Source: Antedon mediterranea
Lineage: Eukaryota; Animalia; Echinodermata
NCBI RefSeq assembly: GCF_964355755.1
Contig: NC_092678.1
Location: forward strand, 4,976,422 to 5,040,421
Direction of reading: 5' to 3'
Length of the DNA stretch: 64,000 nt
The notes beneath the pieces were generated by a model. The model was not told the origin of the DNA. It did no database searches and was given only the letters and a program-made list of their open reading frames with translations. Below, in pieces: positions 37,741-49,534 of the stretch. Position numbers and translations under genes: made by a program. Numbering within the stretch: position 1 is the first letter of the stretch; each line of letters starts with the position of its first letter.

Positions 37741-40700
37741 TCAAACTTGTGCACTTGTAGTAACCCGATCATTTGTTTTGTGTGACTCGGGCAAACTGCT
37801 GCCCTCTTTGTGAATGTGGTCGTCCTCCCAATACCCAAAGCTAATCTCTGCTTTTAAGTAATCGATGTACATGTCTCGTGCTTTGCAGAGCATACGGTTC
37901 AAGTCATGCTTGCGAACCATGCGATCAAACAACATGGCCATATCATTATAATCCATTTTTAACGCCATAATGTACTCTCGCTGTTCCAACAATAACGTTA
38001 GGCATAGAAACATCATGAACGGATTACCCATTCCAAAATCTTTGGGTGTCGGGAGTCCCCTGTAGGGTCGCCTCACAGGGCTCATTGGCGACGATTTAGT
38101 TGATTTGCTGCCCCCTTGTGACGACTGAGAACTTACTGGAAGATTCGTTGGCTTTGAAGTGATTGTAAGTTCGGCTATTTTCTTTTCTAAAGTACTTAAA
38201 ACAAAAGGTATTTTGGATGCTGTTTTGGATGACTGAGTATTAGAAGATGTAGACGTCTTCTTCTCTGGCAATGATGGGGAAGATGTATGTTCTTTGGAAG
38301 GAATGTTCTTTGACATGTCTGATGGATTACCAGTATCAGTTTTTGTTAACGTGGAATGATTTTGTGTCGATGAAGGTTTCTCAGTAACCGAAAGAGATTT
38401 CACAACATCTGCCGTTAAATGTCCTTTAGTAACCAAAGACTTTTCCACGCCATCCCTTAACTCCAGTGGTATTTCTTTAGTTGAGGTATGTAACTTATCT
38501 CCACCAGCTGAATCTGATAACTCTCCATTTGATGTCACTGACACCTCTTGACACGATTTTTCTGACATCACTTCACTAGAAGCAATATCTTGTCCTGATA
38601 GAATCTCTCCACTTGATGTCACAGACATTTCACCATTAGATGATTCAGAGGTAGTCACCATATCAACTCCAGAGTCGTCACGACTCAATGACATCAAACG
38701 TGATGTCTCAGGAATGAAGGCGCCATCAGTTGCGCAATTACTGTTAGGAGACATTATGACGCCGTTTCCATTGCAGTTTATTCTAAGATTTGTCTTTTTA
38801 GTTGATTTCACGGATGGTAGTGAAGTGCTGCATTCGTTTGGTATTTTTGGAAGGGTACGCCTCGACGGAGATGATGGAGATGCTACCATGTGCTCTTCAC
38901 TTGCCTTAATTTCACCAGAGATTTCTGCATTTTCCTTGTTTTTATCATTTTCCAAAGTATCTGTTTGTCGTTTTAGTTTCGTATCAATACTGATTATTTC
39001 ATCAGTATTTTTTTGATGTGATGTTTTGTTGTTATTAAGTTTTAATAATTTTCGTTCAGAATTGGCCAACCTTTTATCAGTCTCTTCTTTGAATACTTCT
39101 AGATCCTCATGAGCTGATGCAAATTCCTTCTGTGAAAGACGCAGGCCGTCATCACTTTCAACAGAGCTCGCACGCATTCTGCTAAGACTTCCGCTCCTTC
39201 TCCTCGAATTTGAACGTTCTCTCGCAAATTTAAACCGCATTTTATCTGTTGCAAACGCAGTTGGTGACATATTGGTTGGCGGCCCTGATAGTTTTATTCC
39301 TTCCAGCGGTGGATTGCTTGGTGGTACCGCACTCCACATGACCTCTAACATACGAAGAGCATCTTGGAATGAAAATTCACGTTTTAGTTCTAAAAGCAGC
39401 CAACGATAACAAAAATACAAGTCGTCAGCGTTCTCCTGCCGTAAATAATTGTAGAACTCCGGGTCTGTTACTTTTATTAGTTCTGTGAGGTGGAGAAATT
39501 TTACAGACATTGTTTTTCCATCCATTAAGAAGTTGCCATGGAGACGCTTCATTAATCCTACAAAACATAGATATGCCTGTGCCTCGTCCTGCATGACGTA
39601 AAGAATCGGCGAAGCAAGGTCGCTCATGCCTTGGCAGTACGAGATAGCAGGATGTGATAATGCGTATGTCGTTAAAATATTAAACAGTTTTTTCCCGTTA
39701 GGATTCTCGTCAGCACCACTGGAATAAAAGCTTTCCAAGCGATCCGTACGCAGGACGTCTTTGCGTACCATATTCATTATATTCTTAAAATCTTCACGTG
39801 GGTTGTTAAGTAATCGATCTTTCAAAGCATGGTACTCAATATCTTTACGTTTTAAGTACGCCCATCGTTCTTCCCCCGACATACTTGGCGGGAAGATGTT
39901 CAACAGATGGCGCCAGACTGTTTTACGTAACGATGGCTCAACTCCTCCTTGAAAAACACGCAGCATGAGTCCTTCCTTATTTACAAGACGACCGCCCTCG
40001 TCCAAATACGTCAAGAATTCGTTGTCATCTAACGGTTTTAAAGGGAGCTCATACACATTATCGTCGTTGTTTTCACCTTGGAATATTTTCTGAACACGGT
40101 TGAACGTTCGGCCGACAGAATCCATAAACGTTCCGACAAACGGCATTGACATTGAGCGTTCGTGGTGGCGGTGACTTGTGTCTTTCATACTGATGACATC
40201 CCAGTCATCTAGACCTGTAAACATACAATGTAAACATTTAAAAAACATATTGTTTTCTTTAAAAATGAATGTAATGTCAATTCAACATTATTTAACCATG
40301 GAGGCCCAGATCAACATGTTTGTTCTTCTCTGGGGCTGTGCAAAATATACAAATACAATGTTTTTACAATATTATGTACCAAAAACTGGATAAAAAAATA
40401 TACCAATATACCCAGTGAATTATTGAAAAACAATAGTCAACCGGAAGCCTGGTTAAATGTAACAGTTCGTTTATTTTTTATATGCAAAATCATTATTTTT
40501 TCATTTTAGTTTTCGCTGAAAGTGAATAACTATTAAATCTACAGAATGGGCTACTCAAAGTTTGATTTTTATCATCTTTATTATTGCCATATTTCTTAAT
40601 TTAATATTCTTTACCTGGTCCCTCAAAGGGTCTAGCATCCACCTTTAACTTGAGTACAGGATCAGACGCTGATAGGAACGCAGCATCTAAATCCCAGTCA

Positions 40701-43700
40701 GACAGTAAGGATAGGTACACTTCAACACCCTTCTCATCACGAGATAGATAGCTAATCGTAAAGTCACTGTGGAATGAACAAAATGGTACTGTACTTAGTA
40801 ATTGTATTTATAATAATTTATATGTATAAGACTGAGAGTGATTTAAGTACTGTACACACACACGTGTAGAGTGCTTGAGTTAAGCCGCAACTTAAAGTTA
40901 AATTCACAAAAAAGACGACAGACATTAATGTGATTGTGGCATCATCAAGTGTAAAAGCAACTTACTGTAAGACTAACTTTAAGCAGAGTGTATACTTACC
41001 AAAGAACTTATAACACAAGAATCTCCTGTTCTTCAATTTGCATTCAAAACACAGTATCAGAAGTACAGGGTTAAAAGGTCAAACTGGGCGACGCCATTTC
41101 ACAGCATAGAGCAGCGCCCCCTCCAAACTAGGAAGTCAATTACTCTACCCCCCTAGAGTATTTGCAGATTCCCTCTATGATTTTGACTTTCTAATTTGAT
41201 GCGGGCGCCCTACTCCTCAGTCAATTACTCTATCCCCCCTAGAGCATTAGCAGATCCCCTCTATGATTTTGACTTTCTAATTTGATGCGGGCGCCCTACT
41301 CCATGGCTCACAATGGCGCCACCCATAGCTCTATTCTATCCCACAATGGCTTTCGAAATTGTTACGCGCTTCGGACGAACAGGAGATTCTTGTGTTATAA
41401 GTTCTTTGATACTTACCCTTGTAGTTGGAATGCTTGACTTAACAGATTGTGTAACATAGGAAAGTTAGTGATTTCAGGATCAACACTAAACGTCTTGTAT
41501 TCAGGTTGATATAAGCCTGCACATTTCTACAAAATACAACAAAATAAAACCAGTCACAAATAGTCGTCCAGAATTGGGATCCTGGTCCGGATTGTCTCCA
41601 AAATTTAATGGACTCTTCCGTGAGTATAATTATGTCTATCTGTGGTTCAAATTTGGTAAAGATCCATCTTTTAGTTTTGCTGTTATCCTGCTAACAGACA
41701 TATAAACAAACGAACAAATAAATATCGCATAACCTCCTTGACAGAGGTACTTTAATAAGATACAAGTAATTAAAGGGTAAACAAAAATGGTGGTCGAATA
41801 AATGAAATGAATTGTCTAACTTGGTCAGATATCTCTTTTTAGGGAAAATTGAGAAATACTAGAAAAAATACAGGATTTTAATGTGATTAAAAGATTAATC
41901 ATTGAATTTGATTGGCCAATACAAGTGTGCTACTAGAAACATAATCTATGCAAAATGGTAATTGTAGGTAATTTGAAACCATTACTAAGAAATAACATAG
42001 TTTAAATTGTTTAAAGGATAGATTATTGTATCTACATGCGATAGATATTCATGAATAAATTATAATAATTCATGAATTGATTGAAAAACAATAGATAAGT
42101 AGCTAATCAAAATGACAAAAGATCTATAAATAGAAATTAGATCATGTGAATACTAGATAACCATGGAACTGTTTAAATAAATATTGTAAACTTTATGTGA
42201 CAAAACAATGAGATGTGTTCAAATACCATATTTGGGAATATCACTACTATATTTGGGCACATCACACTTTGTCAAACTAATTTGATAGTGTAGACAGAGC
42301 ACTAAACTGGTATCAAAGATAAGTTGTTCTGCAATGTTTTCAATCTTCTATCAACTAAAAGTCGTAATTAGTCATGTCTCGGGTCACACGCTATATAAAT
42401 ACTGTTTATTATTATTATTATTATTCTATGGTCACTGTACAGATAGGCTACTACATCAGTACTTCTATGAATGGATGACTAGTTGGTGACAAGAACGCTA
42501 GTTGGTCATACCCAGTACCGTTTTGATTTTACGATCATTTGGGAAACCACCTCACAACATCGGATAGAAACAAAGCGGAGTCCGGGAACCTAGATCTTCT
42601 CAAAACAGACCAATCGAACAAACCTAAATAGCTTCAAAATATAGTATACTGTATATGGAGTTTTTTTCAGCGAGGTAAATGATAATATATACAGTCAATA
42701 CACTGTCACCCTATTATACATCAAATATACCTGTCATTTAAGACACCTAAGTATTATGCATGTTATCTAATATCAGTTTTGATTGATTGTTTAATATGGC
42801 AAGTATTCAGCAGGTAAAACTATTATTGTCAGTATTTTTGTAAGTGATACTCATATCGTTAGCAGTCAATTTTCATCAAATGCAAAAAAATAATATACTT
42901 TTGACATTTTATGATTGAATCTGTTTTACAGTGATAAACATATCAATTTATCTAAAATATAACAAAAATAATATTTTATGAAATTAAAAAAACATAACAA
43001 AATGCAGTCACATAATAATTACAAATTAAGCAGTACATAAATTTAAATTTAAAAATGTAAAAGATATGTATATAGCTTTCTAGAGAGGAAAATGATGGAT
43101 AAACTAACTTATTATAATAGTAGAATCATTCAGTTAATTAACTGTTATGCACACAATTATAAATTCATAAACAAATAGAAATTCTTCTTGTTTTTAAGTT
43201 GCGAACTCAAATCTTATTCTATTATCACATCTAGCAGATTCAACGTGATTCTACAGTAAATAAATAAAAAAATATGCAAAAACAACAAGGTATTTAATTG
43301 TCCTTACCTAAAACACACCCATTGTCTGAATCTCGTCAACAAAACATGAAATCTAGTATGTTTGTCTGCTGGCTGACAAGCCTTTAAGACAGACAGCTTT
43401 TCTACTTTTTGATTTGCTAGTCTTTTCATTCCAGTATTCTAATGGATTGTATGAGTCATCGTCTTGTATATTTTGCATGAGCTCCCTTGCATATCGCTCC
43501 ACCTCCTCCTGCTCGTTATTCTATACGTTATTATTGTCGTCATCATCACCTCTGTAGCAGGCTACTTAGCTTGCATACATAATTTAAGATAGTTCAAATA
43601 CAAAAGCCCAGGTATAGTATAAAATATGAATAATATATAATGATATACAGTATGAATAAAGGCCTGTAGGCTGTACACTATTTGATTCTAATGAAATTTT

Positions 43701-46649
43701 TAAGGAGTAAAAGAAAAACAGATTCTAAATTATATTAATCAACACTGATGTAATATTAATACTGAGCAACTAAGGCAGGGAGTCAACTATCTAGCATAAC
43801 CTGATAAACTATTTAAGGATTTGAGAAATCACTGTTTTTTTTTTCAAAAATAATATCTGTATTTCAAAATGTGTCAGTCAATATGTTATTAAGCTCTACA
43901 CACATAATCAAACTAGTTTGACAAAAAAGTGTGATGTGCCCAAATATGGTAGTAATGTCCAGATATAGTAGTGATATGACTTAATCATGTCCATATATGG
44001 GCACATCCCATTTTTTATCACAAAAGGTTTGATGGTATAGACAGAGCTTTACAGTAGTTCATTTGTCTGTACAGTGAGCAATATTACTGTATAATACTTG
44101 CTACTGTATTCTGTGACTTATGCCTCAAACTAGCTAGAGGCAATGTGTACACTGCTGCAGCATTTCCCATGTACAGTAAACACCCCAGCTGCTAGTTCAA
44201 AGAATTTATCTTATGGACATCTAAACCTATTTTAGTTTGTCATTTGCTCATATAAATACACAGGGAAGCGGAGAAGGATATCCATGCCGGAAAACATAAT
44301 TTTTTTTTTTTAAATCCGTTAGATATCATTTATATCCATTCCTTCAAAGAATAATCACTGGCAAGATTTCCCTGTTATGTAGTCATTGGAAAAGCAATCG
44401 GACAAATAATGGCATGATGGGATGTATCAGGGATGTGTATCAGGATCGCACAAAACATCTGCCTTCTCCTAACTAAAGCACAGGGCTGATGACACTCTCA
44501 CCTTTTATGCCACAGCATGTCTCAAAATTAGTTTATCAACAGCGATTTCTAAAAAGTCTTTTATAATTCTCATCTTTACACTTACAGGTCATACGCCTAC
44601 AGTTTAGTCACAGAGAGCTTGAAGAAACATGTTCACTGGATGGGTACTATCAGCTAGTATAAATCTACAGGCATGTACAGTACGGTACTAGTACATTCAC
44701 TGACTTTAGTACTTTCCCTATATATATTGTTATTATTTTACAGCTGTGTCAACCAACCAACAGGTGCAACCTACTGAATTAATCTGTATGCAATAAAAAT
44801 GTTCCAATAAATTACAAAGTTTACCTAGAATTAATTTGCATACATAGAGATCAAATGATAATTACAGAATGATTTTAAAACAAATTGGGAATTATTCATG
44901 ATCAAAACAGGAGGAAAGTATTAATATATAAACAGCTAGGCTTTCAGGAAATGGGTTGAGTTAAGTTATTCCCAAAATAAGGAAAACCCAAGAGTGTTGA
45001 CCAAATTCTTCTTCTACCATCCAGAGGTTGTAAAGGAAAATTCCTGGTTGAAACTTGAAAACTGAATTTATGGACTAATTTCTCTTCCCCTCTCCTTTCA
45101 AGAAATAAGTGGTACGGTTTTTGTAAAAAAAGAGAACAATCTCTGTTCAAGCCACTGGGTTGTCAAAGGCCTTTGTGAAAAAGTGGTCAGGTTGAAACCT
45201 TACCAGCCGTACAGGTGGCTACAGCCTTGAAGTATAATGGACTCATTATGTTTTGTTTTTAAGTTCACACAGTAGCTAGATACATCCTGAAGAACTTAAG
45301 TTAGTACGTGACACACCTTCCGTCATTTGTACTAAACAATATGTTATAGCTTTAAAAGGAAGTAATGTAGTCAGATACAAAGAAAATAAGTACACATTTC
45401 CTACAATGAACCCTCTCAACAAACTCTATTACAAATTAAAACACATTTTAACAAAATAACAAACAAAATACTAAAACAAAACGAGCATAAATTAAAGAAT
45501 GAAACCTACGTCATAATCTAAAATAGTCTGCTTTATTTTTATGTTTCAGTCAGTTACCATATCCAGTCAGTTACCATATCCGGTCAGTTTTTAAATTGTT
45601 TTATGAAAATAGTTTTTAAGTTTCAGTGATACTTTTACCAAAAATATGGTAATTGAATAATTAAATAAAAATTGTAAGAATGTTGTTTTTAAAAAAATGT
45701 AATAATTTCTCAAGAATGTTTTGATTTCTTCTTCTATCTACATCTAGCTTTATCTCACAAACCAAACAAAGTCATATGGTGTGCTGAGATACTTATACTG
45801 ATTTATGATAACAGGCAAGTGAATAACAAATGAAGGCATCTCCTTGAATTTATATAAATGCATTGAAAACTTGTGATTGTACCTGGTCAGTTAGTGAGAT
45901 GGTCAGTGTATTCTATCAACTGAAGGTCAGATTAGAATGTAAACTTATGGATGTGCACATGATATGCCTAATTTGCAAGGTATTTTAATAATAATAAAAA
46001 CTGTTTATTCATCGATTTGAAATTGGGCAATAAGTCTTGTGCAACTTGTAAATTTCACAAACAAATCTAAGTAGTCCAAATTGTTGAAAATTGCGTAAAA
46101 GACACACACACCTCATCCAGGGAGGTACTTATTTTTATACCTCCCTGCCGCATCCATGTTTGTTCCTTTCTAGGTAGTGTTTTATAAATGTTTCCCAGAC
46201 ATGGTAATTGACAACTTAACATCTCATAAACATCATCTGAACATCAGATTCAGTATCATTCAAAATAATAATTTTTTTTTAAATATCAATACTTGTTGTA
46301 ATAATAAATAATAATTTAAAAGCTAGGCTAGCCTACTACCTAGGCCTAGCATAAATGCTTACAAACATGTCCTCACCTTTTAATTAATTGATTTATTCAA
46401 CTATATAAGAGTAAATGCATATCAAATCGTAGCCCCAATTAATGTGGGTATACATACACCTAGAAGCCCGGTTTATTGCCCGAACAAACCATCCATCACT
46501 TTCCGTCAGACAGGCCTAACGCGGCTTAGCACAGACTGGCAACAGATTTATACCATAAAATATCATTTGAATAAGAACATACAATTTACAAATGTACTTA
46601 CAATAACCTGTATACGTATAGCATCTCGTCTTTGTACATCTTTTGCCAT
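37741..46649 (-). CDS. TBC1D25: TBC1 domain family member 25 (Rab-GAP, LC3-interacting)
   Basis: Exons 46602-46649, 41417-41526, 40615-40766, 37741-40214. Motifs: FSVDPEIT, YLSLLSDWDLDAAF, LIR-like DDWDVIS, TBC R-finger VRKDVLRTDR, Q-finger YCQGMSDL, FCYRWLLLELKREF, C-terminal FGMGNPFMMFLCL. Confidence 0.95.
41000..41408. mobile_element. Non-autonomous TIR element (CAAAG...CTTTG, 8-bp TSD; P-element- or hAT-like)
   Basis: Perfect 32-bp TIR caaagaacttataacacaagaatctcctgttc; TSD ATACTTAC at 40992-40999 and 41409-41416; internal ~85-bp direct repeat at 41134-41302. Confidence 0.9.
41572..41752 (-). mobile_element. Partial HINE-like element
   Basis: Similar to 20690-20850: aaaatttaatgga..., atcctgctaaca, (aaac)n, acctccttgacagaggt. 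Confidence 0.6.
42188..42300. mobile_element. MITE family A, partial copy
   Basis: Ends tttgatagtgtagacagagc. Confidence 0.75.
43415..43555 (-). mobile_element. Possible hAT transposase fragment (start of the dimerisation domain)
   Basis: Minus frame EQEEVERYARELMQNIQDDDSYNPLEYWNEK resembles the hATC E-L-x-R-Y...D/N-P-L-x-W-W pattern. Confidence 0.45.
43892..44048. mobile_element. MITE family A, full copy with TTA TSD
   Basis: tta|agctct...acagagct|tta. Confidence 0.8.
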
Positions 46650-46936
46650 TTTACGGCGTTTTACGACCCGATTTTTAACCATAAATTATTCTAAAAAAAT
46701 CATTCGACTTTGACAGATGGTGACAAAATAGCTCCCTCAACGGCAATAGAACTCGACACATTTTTTTCTTCCTACGCGTACTAAGCACTTCCAGTACGCG
46801 CGCCTACGCACTGCTGCTGCTGATGATCAATGGTACTCGACTCGCGCGCGTGTCGGCGGTAAACACAAAGGATGTCGCATTCTTTTGAAAATACCGCAAT
46901 GCCTGGCTGCTGGGCGTGGGAATTGGGTCAAACAAC

Positions 46937-48214
46937 CAAAGATTGTATAGCGCCGCTACGCGGCGCAAGATAGGTAACTTGGGTGAGACCTTTGTAATCC
47001 ATGGACGCCATTCCGGCGGACAAGTTTGAACCGGAATAAAGTCGTTGTCAAGGCAATATCCACGATGTTTCGGTTAAAGAATGAAGTTGTCTAACCAAAC
47101 ATATAAATGTAAACACACAGAATTAATCGTAAAGTGTCCAGATCCCAAAGAAACTTTTATTTTACTTTGTTTACATAATTTCTTCCCTTTTCCATGTATC
47201 AATCATAAGGATGGTTAACCACAGATACTTCGAGGCGGACCGCAAAATTTAAACCATTTACATTTAAATCACAATGGGCCTGTTTCTGCTGCAACTGCTC
47301 AAAATACGGTATAAAAATACGGTATAAAATACGGTATTTTTTATACCGTATTTTTTAGTACCCCGTTTCTGCTAACAATACTTCTTGGGTGGTCGTGTTA
47401 AATTTCATCTTTTTTACCCAAATTGCCATTCATTTATTTGATCGATAATTAAAAGTCGCAATAAAGGAAGTTTTACGTCTCACTTTCAACAGCCTAGCCC
47501 TAGTGATAGAGATGTTGAGAGCACAGAAAACATCGTAATGGGGACAATTAATTCGTTCCCTCCCCGAGTTATTGTATTTTGCAATGTTGTACTGTTTTCG
47601 CAGGCTCTTCAGCTTTGAGTTTACTTGCTTTGGAGACAAGTTTATTCCATACTCCTGCTTTATTTTTTTAGAAATGTCTTTATAAAGTGGTTGTCCCTTT
47701 TATTACCTTTTAGTTGGTCAGACATTTTAGCTTCCCCACACACATTTATTTAGTAAAACTGTGACGTATTCGCTCCACATTTTCGCCGAATATATCTATA
47801 CATGTGTGTAAAGCAGCTAACAGCGACAGAAAATAAAAACACGAATGGTGACCTTTTGTCATGTAAAAAAAAAATACGGTATTTTTTATTGGCAGCAGAA
47901 ACGGGTACAAAAAATACGGTATAAATTTGTAAATACCGTATTTTATCCACAAATTTTGTGGGGAAAATACGGTATACAAAATACGGTATATTTTTTATGA
48001 GCGCAGTTTCTGCTGCCAAAAATTTACCGTATATATACGGTATTCAAAAAATACCGTATAATATACGGTATTTAGTTGGCAGCAGAAACAGGGCCAATAA
48101 TAACCTGTCCGCCCGAATGGCGTCCATGGATTTACTGGGCGCGTAGTGTTATAAGATAGGAGCTTGACAACAGTTACCTATCTTGCGCCGCGTAGCGGCG
48201 CTATATAATCTTTG
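46937..48214. mobile_element. Non-autonomous TIR element (CAAAG...CTTTG, 7-bp TSD; P/Galileo-like) hosting a nested element
   Basis: 43-bp TIR caaagattgtatagcgccgctacgcggcgcaagataggtaact (1 mismatch); TSD AAACAAC at 46930-46936 and 48215-48221; second subterminal IR atccatggacgccattc.ggcggaca at ~46998 and ~48105-48131. Confidence 0.9.
47276..48095 (-). mobile_element. Nested PIF/Harbinger deletion derivative with a Myb/SANT-like (trihelix) ORF remnant
   Basis: TIR gg(g/c)cctgtttctgctgc, 3-bp TSD AAT, many aaaatacggtat subterminal repeats in both orientations. Minus frame LYKDISKKIKQEYGINLSPKQVNSKLKSLRKQYNIAK.NNSGRERINCPHYD. Confidence 0.85.
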
Positions 48215-49534
48215 AAACAACTACAAGCACTTACACGTGCGCCTACTATACTGATAATACTGTAAAATGCAATCTTGTTACAATACTGTACATATATTTT
48301 CTTGTACTTTTTTTTATTATTCAAATTCATGTAATTGGTGGTACTGTATTCATAAATGGTATAGTATGTATGGTATACAATCTTTTAGTTTTATTATGGA
48401 AAAAATGTAGATTAAGAATAAGAAAAGTTACATCAAAATGAATAAATACAGCCAAGTGAAACATTAAAGTGTATAGTGTTATAAAAATTTATTCAACTTT
48501 ATTTCGATTAGTAGTAGGTCTGTTTACACAACAGCAATGTTGATTAAATACTAATTCCCACTAAGCTTGTTGCTGATTAGCTATAGTAGTGGAAACCCAA
48601 CCTTAAGGCCACACTATTGATCAACAAATGTAAACAAAATCACTGAAGCATAAACAGTCCTATGATCTTCACAAGGATTGGTTCCCAACAAGCATATTGA
48701 ATGCAATTGCGCTGAGCACAATCGTGATGCACACTGCTGGCAAAAACACAAGTTTGGATCCCGCTTGCGCACTGCGATGGATCATCCAGACAGTCGCTTG
48801 CTATGCGCCTACGTCCAAGTGGGAATTGGGCTTATCAGAAACCAAACAAGTGACTATATACTGCTGTTGCATATCACAACAGAGACATTAACTAAAATAA
48901 CAAGATATTACAAGTAGCCTCCCTTTATCAACAGGATCTTATATTTCTATACAAGTTATCTAATCAAAATAAGCAGCAAAAAACAAAAAAAAAATAAATA
49001 AAATCGATTGCTTTTATCTCCTGTACTTTAAACATGAATATTACCAATTTGTCTATAAACCTGCAAAGAGTGGGCAGCCAATTCTAGATTTTATTTAAAA
49101 AAATCTTTTTTACTTATTTCTTAGTAACTATTAATAAAATATTGAGAAAGTTCTTTACACAATAATATGATAAACATAATACAAGAATCATCATCAGTTT
49201 GTTTATCATTTTTAAATTTGTTATTATCGCCGTGTTTATTTCACAAACAACAAAAACAAAACAATTTCAGCATTAACGGATCAGTTGTGAGAAAAAAGAA
49301 ATGAATATGACCCGAACCAAAGACCTTAGATTAGAAGGTGACCACGACATTAAACCACCACTACTTTATAATTGACATGGTATTGGTCTCTGAAATAACG
49401 TTCCAGTATTTATTGTTAAAATTATATATTATTCCATCGGAAAATTTCTAATTAGTAATAATCTGTGTTGGATGGCTGAAAATAAAGATATTATAAAGAA
49501 TGTAATGACAACATGCTTTAATCATTATATTATA

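Noticed and set aside
44940-45250. Coding-looking stretch in TBC1D25 intron 1
   Set aside because: The frames are short and interrupted, with no motif I can recognise.
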